A DNA stretch of 64,000 bases from Promethearchaeota archaeon (lineage in GTDB: Archaea > Asgardarchaeota > Lokiarchaeia > Sigyniarchaeales > SOKP01), in contig JAUVNS010000009.1 of the NCBI GenBank assembly GCA_030599585.1, positions 64,001 through 128,000 of the forward strand. Direction: 5' to 3'. This document shows positions 19,381 through 28,779 of the stretch, piece by piece. The notes beneath the pieces are model-generated. The model did not search any database and was not told where the DNA came from. It saw nothing but the letters and a program-made list of their open reading frames with translations. Each line of letters opens with the position of its first letter. Within the stretch, counting starts at the first letter, position 1. Both the position numbers and the translations under genes were made by a program.

Positions 19381-20622
19381 TTAATAGGTTTGAACTTTTC
19401 CGTTAATTAAACGCTTCCGTAAGTCAATAAAATACTCCTTACTTAACATCTCTTCAGATACTTCTTTAGCTATTTTATCAATGCTCGAAAAGTTTACATT
19501 TTCAGCAGGGATCAGTTCTATCGAATTCACCCAAGGATCAGTAATAGGTCGTCCAATCTGGGAAAGTAATTTGACATGCGCTTCTAAGATGTCGCCTTCT
19601 CCTCTTTTATAGATTTCTCTACTCATTTCTGTGCCTAGAATGTTATACAATTTACCTACATGGTTTATTGGGTTTTTTCCACAAACTGCTTCCAAACTCA
19701 TAGGTCTACAAGGAGTAATTAACCCATTCGATCGATTACCTCTTCCTACTTCACCATCGTCTCCCGCTTCAGCTGAAGTTCCAGTTATTGTAAGATAAAG
19801 AATTCCTTTATCCACGTTATCTCCTACATTTACTTGGCATGTGACTTCGCGTTCGGGGATGATTTTTGCCGCCAAATCTAAAACAGCGTCTTTAATTTGA
19901 TTTGTGTAATTAACATATTCATCGGCATCATTGATGTACTTGCTAACCATAGCAGCCGCTACGGTAATTCCTACTTTATTATCGAGTCTTTCCGTCATAA
20001 CTTTAATATCTTCTCCCGAAGCTTTACATTTCTCTTTGAATTTATCTGAGTTGAGTAGTTTTTCAGCTTCTAATGTTATCTTTTCTACATCTGAATAGGG
20101 AGCATAACCTACTCCAAAACTCGTATCGTTTGAAAGTGGTATGTCATCTGTGTGGTGGGAGTCATCAAAAACTCCAGTTAAGTCTATAGATCCAGGTCGG
20201 ACGGCATAATCAAATTGGATGTCACTATTAAGGTTAAGATTCCTGAAGATATCTGCGAGAATTTTCCTTTGGGTGTCAAGGCAAATAATTGAAACTGGTA
20301 TATACTCTAATTTACTTTCAGTTCCACATTCAGTGAGGATTTGATTTATTGCTCTTCCCACTATTAAAAAATATTGTGGTTGAATTATCATTCCTCCACC
20401 AAACTCTGGTTTAGCCGTCCCCCCAACTAATGCTGCTTTATCAACATTGTGATGGTAAACCCTATCGAAGTTTTCCATATAGTACAGACAAAGCGCCCTC
20501 GAACAAGCATCGGCAACTGCGTCGCACACGGTATCCGGGTGCCCCACGCCTTTCCGCTCGCATATTTCCGGAAATTCGCTTTTTTCAATCGGTAAAAAAT
20601 TCGCTTGTGTAATTTTCAACAT
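19381..20622 (-). CDS. mat: Archaeal S-adenosylmethionine synthetase
   Basis: [52 protein letters not shown]. Confidence 0.96.
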   Translation of the reverse strand: MLKITQANFLPIEKSEFPEICERKGVGHPDTVCDAVADACSRALCLYYMENFDRVYHHNVDKAALVGGTAKPEFGGGMIIQPQYFLIVGRAINQILTECGTESKLEYIPVSIICLDTQRKILADIFRNLNLNSDIQFDYAVRPGSIDLTGVFDDSHHTDDIPLSNDTSFGVGYAPYSDVEKITLEAEKLLNSDKFKEKCKASGEDIKVMTERLDNKVGITVAAAMVSKYINDADEYVNYTNQIKDAVLDLAAKIIPEREVTCQVNVGDNVDKGILYLTITGTSAEAGDDGEVGRGNRSNGLITPCRPMSLEAVCGKNPINHVGKLYNILGTEMSREIYKRGEGDILEAHVKLLSQIGRPITDPWVNSIELIPAENVNFSSIDKIAKEVSEEMLSKEYFIDLRKRLINGKVQTY

Positions 20623-20713
20623 TTTACTTAGACTCTATGTGATTTATATAAATAGTTATTTTAATTATGTGGGTTAAAATTAATGGTATTTATAAATAAT
20701 TATTGATAATAAT

Positions 20714-20728
20714 ATGCATAGTTTGCAT
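20714..20728. promoter_or_regulatory. Candidate palindromic operator ATGCA-N5-TGCAT
   Basis: Inverted repeat between divergent mat and HTH-CBS genes. Confidence 0.4.
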
Positions 20729-20768
20729 GAAATATGCGCTTAAATTATAATAATTAAACTTTACGCAT

Positions 20769-21341
20769 TTGAAAATGGATGTATTACCAGATTCTCTACA
20801 AATTAGAAGTTTACGAAAGAGTTTAAACATTAGTCAAAAAGAGTTGGGAGAGAAATTAAACATTTCTCAATCTACGATATCAAGAATAGAAAATGGGACG
20901 ATGGATCCCCCCTACTCCAAGTTCAAACAAATTTATGAATTCTTAGAAAACGAAAGAATATCACGTAAACGATCCACAAAACATGCCGTAGACATCCTTA
21001 CTCCAGAAATTATATTCATAAATCCGCAATCAACCGTGAGAGAAGCCGTGGAGCTGATGACAAAATACAATATATCACAAATACCAATTTTAGAGAACAA
21101 TTATAATTATGGGAGTATAACCTCTAAAAAAATTCAGAAGTATATAACTGATGATCCAATAATTTTGAATTTAAAGGTTACCGATGTCAAAGAATTGCCT
21201 TTTCCAGAAGTAGAAAAAAATTGGAATGTAAAAGACATCTCAAGTTTATTGTTAAATTATTCAGCCGTTTTGGTTAAAGAAGACAAAAAATATATTGGGA
21301 TAATTACAGATTCTAATTTTCTTAAACTTACGAGTAAATAA
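20769..21341 (+). CDS. Cro/C1 HTH + CBS-pair transcriptional regulator
   Basis: SQKELG..ISQSTISRIENG..DPPYS; ISQIPIL, GIIT. Confidence 0.9.
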   Translation: MKMDVLPDSLQIRSLRKSLNISQKELGEKLNISQSTISRIENGTMDPPYSKFKQIYEFLENERISRKRSTKHAVDILTPEIIFINPQSTVREAVELMTKYNISQIPILENNYNYGSITSKKIQKYITDDPIILNLKVTDVKELPFPEVEKNWNVKDISSLLLNYSAVLVKEDKKYIGIITDSNFLKLTSK

Positions 21342-21468
21342 AAAACCCCCCGTATGTCAAACCAGAATCTACAAGTCTGTTTATAAATTAAGAAAATCAT
21401 ACCTAAATTTTATATACCCAATAAAAAAATTTTATTAAACTGTTTAGCTTTCTTAGATTTGGGAATAA

Positions 21469-22479
21469 ATGAATAGTACTATACTTGAAAAAATTGATGA
21501 TTTGCTGAAAAAAGCAAATTTTGAAACATTCATGTTAGATAATTTTTGCAATAAAAAAAACAAATTTTGCTTTGATTTGCTCGTCAAAAAGAACGATCTC
21601 ATATTTAGCGTGAAAGTTTTTAATAACATCGATAATATAAGCGCTGAAATAGTTAACGACATTAAATCATTGTCTACGCTGCTAAAATCTAAACCATTAT
21701 TAATAGGGATTAAAAATCGGTACAATGAATTAGAAGACAACACTATTTATATTAGAGACGGGCTACCCTTCATTACTTTAGCGACTTTAGAAAACATAAT
21801 TGATAAAGGGTTATATCCCTACATTCTGGCAAGAAGAGGTGGTGGTATTATGTTTTTAAACGGAAACATTATGAAATTCATTAGAGAAAAGCAGGAGATA
21901 TCACGAAAGGAATTATCGGAGTTACTTGGTGTAACAAAACGTACCGTATGTGCTTACGAAAATGAAAGTATGCGACCTTCTGAAAAAATCGCTAAAAAGT
22001 TATCAAACATCCTAGAAAATAAAGATCTCTTTCGGAAAATTAATCTTTTTGATTGGAATTTCAAATTTGAAATTGATTTGAAAGAACCTCAAGAGTACGT
22101 TGCTCTTAATCCTTTTGAAACCCACCTTCAAGCAGTTTTAGACGACATTGGAGTTTGTTCTTATTGGTACAAAAATAGTCCAATTCCGTTTAAATTATCT
22201 TTGTATTCTAAAGTTTCTGACGATAATAAGGAAAGAAATGTGTTTCCTCTTTTTTCGGGCGTTTCAGAAGAGGATAAAAAGATTAACGAACGTAGTCTCA
22301 GTTGCTTAAATATGTTCAACAAATTGTTCAAAGTAAATTCTCTCTTTATTGTAAATAACGACATCAAAATACCAGATTCGTTAAGAAAAATTAAAGTTCC
22401 TATTGTTAAAATTAGAAATTTAGAAAAGATAGATGACGAAGAGGAATTTATTGACCTCGTCCAAGAATCAGGAATTTAA
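21469..22479 (+). CDS. Archaeal HTH transcriptional regulator with nuclease-like N-domain
   Basis: CFDLLVK..KVFNNID; ARRGG; ELLGVTKRTVCAYEN. Confidence 0.85.
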   Translation: MNSTILEKIDDLLKKANFETFMLDNFCNKKNKFCFDLLVKKNDLIFSVKVFNNIDNISAEIVNDIKSLSTLLKSKPLLIGIKNRYNELEDNTIYIRDGLPFITLATLENIIDKGLYPYILARRGGGIMFLNGNIMKFIREKQEISRKELSELLGVTKRTVCAYENESMRPSEKIAKKLSNILENKDLFRKINLFDWNFKFEIDLKEPQEYVALNPFETHLQAVLDDIGVCSYWYKNSPIPFKLSLYSKVSDDNKERNVFPLFSGVSEEDKKINERSLSCLNMFNKLFKVNSLFIVNNDIKIPDSLRKIKVPIVKIRNLEKIDDEEEFIDLVQESGI

Positions 22480-23149
22480 CCACGATGTTATTTGTGGTAT
22501 TGACGAGGCGGGAAGAGGTCCCGTATTAGGACCAATGGTAATTTGTGGCGTGTGTTTTTTCGAAGCTGAGTTAAAATTGCTTGTTGATATAGGAGTTAAG
22601 GATTCAAAGAAATTATCGCCCAAAAAGCGGACTGAACTAGCTAAAATAATAAAGGATAAATGTATAAGTTATAAGACTATTGTCGTTACGGCTCAAGAAA
22701 TCGACGCAAGAGAAAAAAATAGAATTACTTTGAATAGACTTGAAGAAATTAAGATGGCAGAAATTATCGAAGCTTTAAAGCCCCATATTATTTATATCGA
22801 CGCTGCAGATGTGAACGAGGCAAGATTTGGGAAATCTATCCAAAAACTTCTTAAATATTCGCCTACTAAAATAATATCTAAGCATAAAGCAGATGATTTA
22901 TACCCGATCGTCTCAGCTAGCTCAATAATTGCAAAAGATGCGAGAGATAGCATTATTGAAGAATTAAAAAAGAATTACGGAGATTTTGGATCAGGATATC
23001 CCTCTGATGCGCGATCTATAAAATTTCTGAGAGAGTGGATAAAAGAGAAGAAAAAGGCTCCACTGATCGCTAGAAAATCTTGGGAAACTACGAAAAAAAT
23101 AATTAGAGAAGAAATATCTAACACTAAAATAACTGATTTTGTTAAATGA
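22451..23149 (+). CDS. rnhB: Ribonuclease HII
   Basis: GIDEAGRGPVLGP, KDSKKL, KAD, SASSIIAK, GSGYPSD; TTG 22451 after GAGG. Confidence 0.96.
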   Translation: MTSSKNQEFNHDVICGIDEAGRGPVLGPMVICGVCFFEAELKLLVDIGVKDSKKLSPKKRTELAKIIKDKCISYKTIVVTAQEIDAREKNRITLNRLEEIKMAEIIEALKPHIIYIDAADVNEARFGKSIQKLLKYSPTKIISKHKADDLYPIVSASSIIAKDARDSIIEELKKNYGDFGSGYPSDARSIKFLREWIKEKKKAPLIARKSWETTKKIIREEISNTKITDFVK

Positions 23150-23191
23150 GATTTACAATCACAACTATTATTATGATTTCTCTTTTTCAAA

Positions 23192-23881
23192 TTATTTTTG
23201 AACAGTTAAAATAATGTGATTTGCAGCGTATTTATGAATGTTTATGCTATCGATTATTACATATCCCGCTTTTTCTAAAATTTTTTTTTCTTGCATGTAA
23301 ATTTTTTCAGACTTTTCTACGCTGTCAATTGATTGAGATTTTATCGCGAGAATTAAAAAGCCCTTATTTTTTAGATAATAATCGCAATTTTCAATGGCTA
23401 TTTTTGCTTGATTAGGTTGAGCGATGTCTTGATAGACTAGATCGATAGGAGTAAAAATAGATTTAGCATAGCTTTCTGGAAAATTAGCGTTACCTAATAA
23501 TGGAACGATATTCTTTCTTTTATCGGTGTTTTGAATCAATTGTCTCATGCTACGTTCAGCAAATTCGACTCCGTAAATAACTCCCTCGTAAACAATGTCA
23601 GAAAGATGAGAAATTGTAGTTCCAGAGGATGCTCCTAAATACAAGCAACTTAAATCTTTCTTCAAGAATTCCAGCGAAGGCTTTTCCAATATCATCGCAG
23701 CTAATTTACTCCTAAAGGGATCCCATTCACGATATTCCTCTCCTTTAAAAGTAATTAGTCTCTCTCCATATACTTTATTGCCAGGAATTAGGTTTTTAGA
23801 ATAAAGTTTTGGATTCTGTGGTAACCCCGAGATATAAACATTAGAAAATTTTGGATGTGCTCTTATGGTAATGTTGCTCAA
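23192..23881 (-). CDS. flpA: Fibrillarin-like rRNA/tRNA 2'-O-methyltransferase
   Basis: YREWDPFRSKLAA, LYLGASSGTTISHLSD, QDIAQPNQ; probable TTG start 23881 after AGGAGGT. Confidence 0.95.
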   Translation of the reverse strand: MSNITIRAHPKFSNVYISGLPQNPKLYSKNLIPGNKVYGERLITFKGEEYREWDPFRSKLAAMILEKPSLEFLKKDLSCLYLGASSGTTISHLSDIVYEGVIYGVEFAERSMRQLIQNTDKRKNIVPLLGNANFPESYAKSIFTPIDLVYQDIAQPNQAKIAIENCDYYLKNKGFLILAIKSQSIDSVEKSEKIYMQEKKILEKAGYVIIDSINIHKYAANHIILTVQK

Positions 23882-23888
23882 TTTAACT

Positions 23889-25112
23889 TTACCTCCTTTT
23901 TTTTTTACTTGTTTGTTTTTTATTATATCTAATCTTAGTTTTGGGCTCACTTCTTTTTAGTGGAGGTTTAGGATATTTCTTCTCAATTTCCCGGATTTTT
24001 TCGTTTATCACCTTTGAAAGCACATCGGCTACAAACTCACCTCCAAAATAATCTACTTTTGCTGAAATACCAATTTTTCCAGATATAACTCGAGATATCT
24101 TCCCTCTATTCCAGGCCTTACTTCCCCGGATTAGGTTCCACTGAAAAATTAAACCGTGTTTTGGGCGTTTTTCACCGGTTTTAAGGAACCTATATAACGC
24201 CTTCTCAGCCCCCAATAATTGAACTCTTGAAGCTGGCATGAATGCTAATTTTTTTAAACTCCCCGCTTTTGCTATTAGTTTCGCCCCAATTAAACCTCCA
24301 ACTAAAGCAAGGAGATTTGGAGCAACTTGTTCCATTAATGTATCTAAATATTCCTCTAACTCTTGCGTAAAATCGTCCAAAGATAAAATTTCATCAGCGT
24401 ATTTTTTAATTATGCTAAGATCAATATCTGCTCCCATTGATTGGGATGCTAATTTCTGCAGCATTTTAATTTTTGCTTCTTTAAAACCAAACTCTTGATC
24501 GATCTTATCATAGGTGAAATTATCACGATTTCCTAAAACTGAAATGAGTCTTGCTATAAGGATATTATCTTCAATAAATTTATCAACTAATTCCGGAAAA
24601 TGTAAACCATACCATTCTCTCATGCGGCTTGAGAATAAACTTATTGATTTTTTAAGAATATCCAAAGTTTCTATGATTTGAACAATTTCTACATCTCCCT
24701 TACTCCCAAATTGACTAATTTGTTCTTTGATCAGATGTTCTTCAACTCTCTTAAAGAAAGAGAGAATTTCGTCTCGTGTTTTCGTGATACCTATTTTTTT
24801 CAATTGATCACTCAAAGTGAAGCGAAAAGTTTTAAATTCTAAAGAGAGTTTTTCAAAAGAAGTGTTATATCGTAAATTCTGCATTGTTAGGTCTTTTAGT
24901 TTTCTATTATCAAACACAAAATCATCAAAACCTGAACTATTTAATTCATTCATAAATTCTAAATACTCTTCTGAGAGAGTTTCGCTATTTAATGAATTAT
25001 AAAAATGGACTGATTTTTGAATGTCGTCTAAGAAATCTATATAATTAAGGAAATTTCCTCCATCATCAATAGCAAATATCCCTATTAAAGAATCAATAAT
25101 ATAACATCTCAT
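23889..25112 (-). CDS. nop5: C/D box RNP protein Nop5
   Basis: REWYGLHFPEL, APNL, PASRVQLLGAEKAL, PKHGLIF. Confidence 0.95.
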   Translation of the reverse strand: MRCYIIDSLIGIFAIDDGGNFLNYIDFLDDIQKSVHFYNSLNSETLSEEYLEFMNELNSSGFDDFVFDNRKLKDLTMQNLRYNTSFEKLSLEFKTFRFTLSDQLKKIGITKTRDEILSFFKRVEEHLIKEQISQFGSKGDVEIVQIIETLDILKKSISLFSSRMREWYGLHFPELVDKFIEDNILIARLISVLGNRDNFTYDKIDQEFGFKEAKIKMLQKLASQSMGADIDLSIIKKYADEILSLDDFTQELEEYLDTLMEQVAPNLLALVGGLIGAKLIAKAGSLKKLAFMPASRVQLLGAEKALYRFLKTGEKRPKHGLIFQWNLIRGSKAWNRGKISRVISGKIGISAKVDYFGGEFVADVLSKVINEKIREIEKKYPKPPLKRSEPKTKIRYNKKQTSKKKRR

Positions 25113-25182
25113 TATTCTATACACTTGCTTTAGTAAAATTTCTCAAATAATAATAATAATCATTTCTTACATAATAATAGTA

Positions 25183-26109
25183 ATGCTTGAACTAAATATT
25201 TCTGAGTTAAAATTAAACTCTCCTTTAATTTTAGCTTCCGGCATTTTAGGGGTTTCTTATTCTAGTATGAAAAGGTTAATTGACGCTGGATTAGGCGCAA
25301 TTACTACCAAATCAATTGGTCCTGTCCGAAGAAAGGGATTTAAGAACCCTTCAATCATTGAAGTACATAATGGCTCTTTTTTAAATAGTGTAGGTCTTGG
25401 AAATCCTGGAATAGATAGTTTTATTACAGAAATTAAAGAAATTAAAAAATACGGTTTCCCTTTAATTGTAAGCGTTTTCGGAGATACAACTAACTCTTAC
25501 ATTGAAGTTGCCTCAAAAGCTGAAAAGGCAGGGGCTAACGCTATTGAAATTAACATCTCTTGCCCGCATGCTGAAGTATCTAGCATAGGAATTGATAAAA
25601 ATCTAACTTATTCAGTTGTTAAAGCTATAAAAGAGAAAATAACTGTCCCTCTGTTTGTTAAACTAAATCCAAATGTAACCCATATGGGCGAAATTGCTAT
25701 AGCAGCACAGAAAGGGGGTGCCGATGGAGTAGTCGCAATTAATACTCTTGCCGCTATGAAAATTGATATTAATGTAAAAAGACCTATTTTATCGCATGGA
25801 AGTGGAGGACTTTCAGGAATTGCAATACATCCCATAGCTGTGAAAAAAATATACGATCTTTATAAAATTTTAGAGATTCCTATAATTGGATGCGGGGGGG
25901 TATCTACATATGAAGATGCGATTGAATTTTTCTTGGCAGGAGCTTCTGCTGTTCAAATTGGAACTGCTCTCTATCAAGGATATGATATTATCTCCAAAAT
26001 TAATCAGGGATTAAAAAAATATCTTAAAGAAAACGAATACAATTCAATCTCTGAAATTACGGGTTTAGCACATAATTTCAAAACGCAAGAGGTACCCGAT
26101 TTTGACTAA
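25183..26109 (+). CDS. pyrD: Dihydroorotate dehydrogenase 1B catalytic subunit
   Basis: LASG, NSVGLGNPG, NISCPH, VKLNPN, GGLSG, VQIGTA. Confidence 0.95.
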   Translation: MLELNISELKLNSPLILASGILGVSYSSMKRLIDAGLGAITTKSIGPVRRKGFKNPSIIEVHNGSFLNSVGLGNPGIDSFITEIKEIKKYGFPLIVSVFGDTTNSYIEVASKAEKAGANAIEINISCPHAEVSSIGIDKNLTYSVVKAIKEKITVPLFVKLNPNVTHMGEIAIAAQKGGADGVVAINTLAAMKIDINVKRPILSHGSGGLSGIAIHPIAVKKIYDLYKILEIPIIGCGGVSTYEDAIEFFLAGASAVQIGTALYQGYDIISKINQGLKKYLKENEYNSISEITGLAHNFKTQEVPDFD

Positions 26110-26938
26110 AAACATGGTTAAAACAGTAAAAATAACGAAAATTATCGACGAGTGCCATGGAGTCAAAACTATCACATTTAAAAAACAGGATTTGATAAAA
26201 CCTAAACCAGGGCAGTTCCTAATGATTTGGTTACCGGGTGTTGATGAGATTCCAATGTCAATATCGTCTTATTCTGATAATGATGAGTGGTCGATAACCG
26301 TTCAAAATGTTGGAGAATGTACTAATTCGATTCACCAACTTAAAATAGGCGATTATATTGGAGTTAGAGGTCCAATCGGTAATTTTTTTACCATTCCTCT
26401 AGAAAAGAATAAGAATCTTTTTTTGATTGGGGGTGGGATCGGGGTAGCTCCACTTAAATTTCTCGCTTCAGAACTAAAAAGACTGAAGCATAATTTTAAG
26501 TTAATTATTGGTGCAAAGTTAAAAAATCAACTCGTGTTCAAGAACGACATGAATTATCACGATCAAGAAGAGTTTGAAGTTCATTTCTGCACTGACGATG
26601 GGAGTTATGGAGAAAAAGGATTTACTACAGAAATCTTTAAAAGTCTTATTAAAAGTATGAGCAGAGAGGAGTTGGAAAATAGCGTAGTTTTTACCTGTGG
26701 TCCTGAAATTATGATGTATAAGTTGCTACACATATGCCTTGAGAATAAAATTGAACTTCAAGCAAGTCTTGAAAGAATTATGAGGTGTGGTTGCGGATTG
26801 TGTGGTTTATGCGTTATCGATCCCCTTGGTTTATTAGTTTGTAATGATGGACCCATTTTTACATCAACCGTTTTAGAGAAAATGGAAGATTTTGGCAAAT
26901 ATAAGAGAGATTTTTCTGGGAAAAAAATCTCAATTTAG
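26102..26938 (+). CDS. pyrK: Dihydroorotate dehydrogenase electron transfer subunit
   Basis: PGQFLM, GGGIGVAP, TDDGS, CGPE, MRCGCGLCGLC..CNDGP. Confidence 0.93.
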   Translation: MTKNMVKTVKITKIIDECHGVKTITFKKQDLIKPKPGQFLMIWLPGVDEIPMSISSYSDNDEWSITVQNVGECTNSIHQLKIGDYIGVRGPIGNFFTIPLEKNKNLFLIGGGIGVAPLKFLASELKRLKHNFKLIIGAKLKNQLVFKNDMNYHDQEEFEVHFCTDDGSYGEKGFTTEIFKSLIKSMSREELENSVVFTCGPEIMMYKLLHICLENKIELQASLERIMRCGCGLCGLCVIDPLGLLVCNDGPIFTSTVLEKMEDFGKYKRDFSGKKISI

Positions 26939-27046
26939 AAAATTTTTGATTTAAACCAACGAAATCTAACATTAGAAGAAAATATTGTTATTTGATCCAA
27001 AAAATACGAAATTTTTTTTCATTTACTACATAATATTCTATATAGA

Positions 27047-28675
27047 ATGAATGAGCTCACAAATTCTGAAATAGAACATAAAATCTCCAGAGAAATTATA
27101 GGGTATTTACTGAAAAATCCAGATACTCCTCGTCATAAAATTACTAACCTTAAAGGAAAATTTGGAAAGAAATATAAGTATCATAAAGTGATAAAGAACG
27201 CCCAAATCCTGCATTACGCTACTGAAGAGGAATTACGAGTTATTACACAACTCTTAAAGAGGAGAATAACAAGAACTATTTCAGGCGTGTCTGTCATTGC
27301 AATAATGACAAAACCTCTTCCTTGCCCGGGAAAATGTGTTTATTGTCCAGGGCAAGATTCCCAACCTAATCAAAAAGTAGCCCAATCTTATACGGGTCAT
27401 GAACCAGCAGCAATGAGATCTATAAATAACAATTATGATGCGTATAAGCAAGTACAAAGTAGAATTGGAGATTTAGAAGCGATTGGCCATGCTGTAGATA
27501 AGATAGATATCGTCTGTATGGGAGGTACGTTCTTATCTTCTCCTATTGATTATCAAGAAGAATTTATTAAAGGAGCATACGAAGGAGTAATTGGAAGTAG
27601 AGTTATTTCGTTAGAAGCGGCCAAAAAACTAGCGGAGAATTCAAAAAGAAGACTGATTGGGTTGACAATTGAAACTCGGCCTGACTATTGTACAGAGCCT
27701 TATGTAGACATGATGCTGAATTATGGAGCAACAAGAGTAGAAATTGGAATACAAACCGTGTTGGATGATGTGTACAAAAAAGTGAATAGAGGGCATACAA
27801 CCCAAGACAGTATTGATGCTATAAGGATTGCAAAAGACGCTGGCTTAAAAATAAATGCTCATATGATGCCTAATCTACCCGGCTCTAACTACACTAAGGA
27901 TTTAGAAATGTTTGATGTTCTTTTTTCTTCACCCGATTACCGCCCAGATATGTTGAAAATTTACCCTTGCGTGGTAATTAAAGGAACTATACTATATGAT
28001 TGGTGGAAAGAAGGCGAATTTACACCATATTCATTAGATGAATTGATTGAATTAATATCAAATGTAAAACAAAAAGTCCCTTCTTATGTGAGAATACAGA
28101 GAATTATGAGAGATATACCTGCGTTTCTAATTGAAGCAGGATGTAAAAAAAGTAATTTAAGACAATTAATTCACAAAAGATTAGAAGAACTTAATTCTAA
28201 ATGTAATTGCATAAGATGTCGAGAATATGGAATTGCTAAAAAATCTAAAATTTTTGATGAAAATATATTTGAAGATATTAAATTATATCGGCACGATTAT
28301 GAGGCTTCTAATGGACAAGAAACATTTCTATCCTACGAAAATAAAAAAGAAGATTATCTCGTAGCATACTTGAGATTAAGAAAACCTTCAGAATACGCCC
28401 ATAGGTCCGAATTGAACGATGGAAAAACAATGATAGTAAGGGAAGTTAAAGTCGTAGGCGAATTAGTTCCTAAAGATAAAAAACCACTCAGAAATACACA
28501 ACTTCAACATCGCGGATTTGGTAAACTACTAATGGAAAATGCTGAAAAAATTGCTCTTGAAGATTTTGACTGTAAAAAATTAGCTGTGATAAGTGGTATA
28601 GGTGTGAGGACTTGGTTCTATGAGCTTGGTTATACTCTTGATGGATGCTATGTCTCAAAAACCTTAAATGATTAA
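27047..28675 (+). CDS. elp3: Elp3 tRNA U34 carboxymethyltransferase (radical SAM + KAT)
   Basis: CPGKCVYCP, GGTF, ETRPD, QHRGFG, VISGIGVR. Confidence 0.95.
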   Translation: MNELTNSEIEHKISREIIGYLLKNPDTPRHKITNLKGKFGKKYKYHKVIKNAQILHYATEEELRVITQLLKRRITRTISGVSVIAIMTKPLPCPGKCVYCPGQDSQPNQKVAQSYTGHEPAAMRSINNNYDAYKQVQSRIGDLEAIGHAVDKIDIVCMGGTFLSSPIDYQEEFIKGAYEGVIGSRVISLEAAKKLAENSKRRLIGLTIETRPDYCTEPYVDMMLNYGATRVEIGIQTVLDDVYKKVNRGHTTQDSIDAIRIAKDAGLKINAHMMPNLPGSNYTKDLEMFDVLFSSPDYRPDMLKIYPCVVIKGTILYDWWKEGEFTPYSLDELIELISNVKQKVPSYVRIQRIMRDIPAFLIEAGCKKSNLRQLIHKRLEELNSKCNCIRCREYGIAKKSKIFDENIFEDIKLYRHDYEASNGQETFLSYENKKEDYLVAYLRLRKPSEYAHRSELNDGKTMIVREVKVVGELVPKDKKPLRNTQLQHRGFGKLLMENAEKIALEDFDCKKLAVISGIGVRTWFYELGYTLDGCYVSKTLND

Positions 28676-28779
28676 TTTTTTCTATTTGATTTATTTCAAT
28701 AAGCGTTAAAGATTTATACAAAAAAAATTAAATCTTATTAAATTTATCAAATTAGCATCTTAACTATTTGTGATCTATA

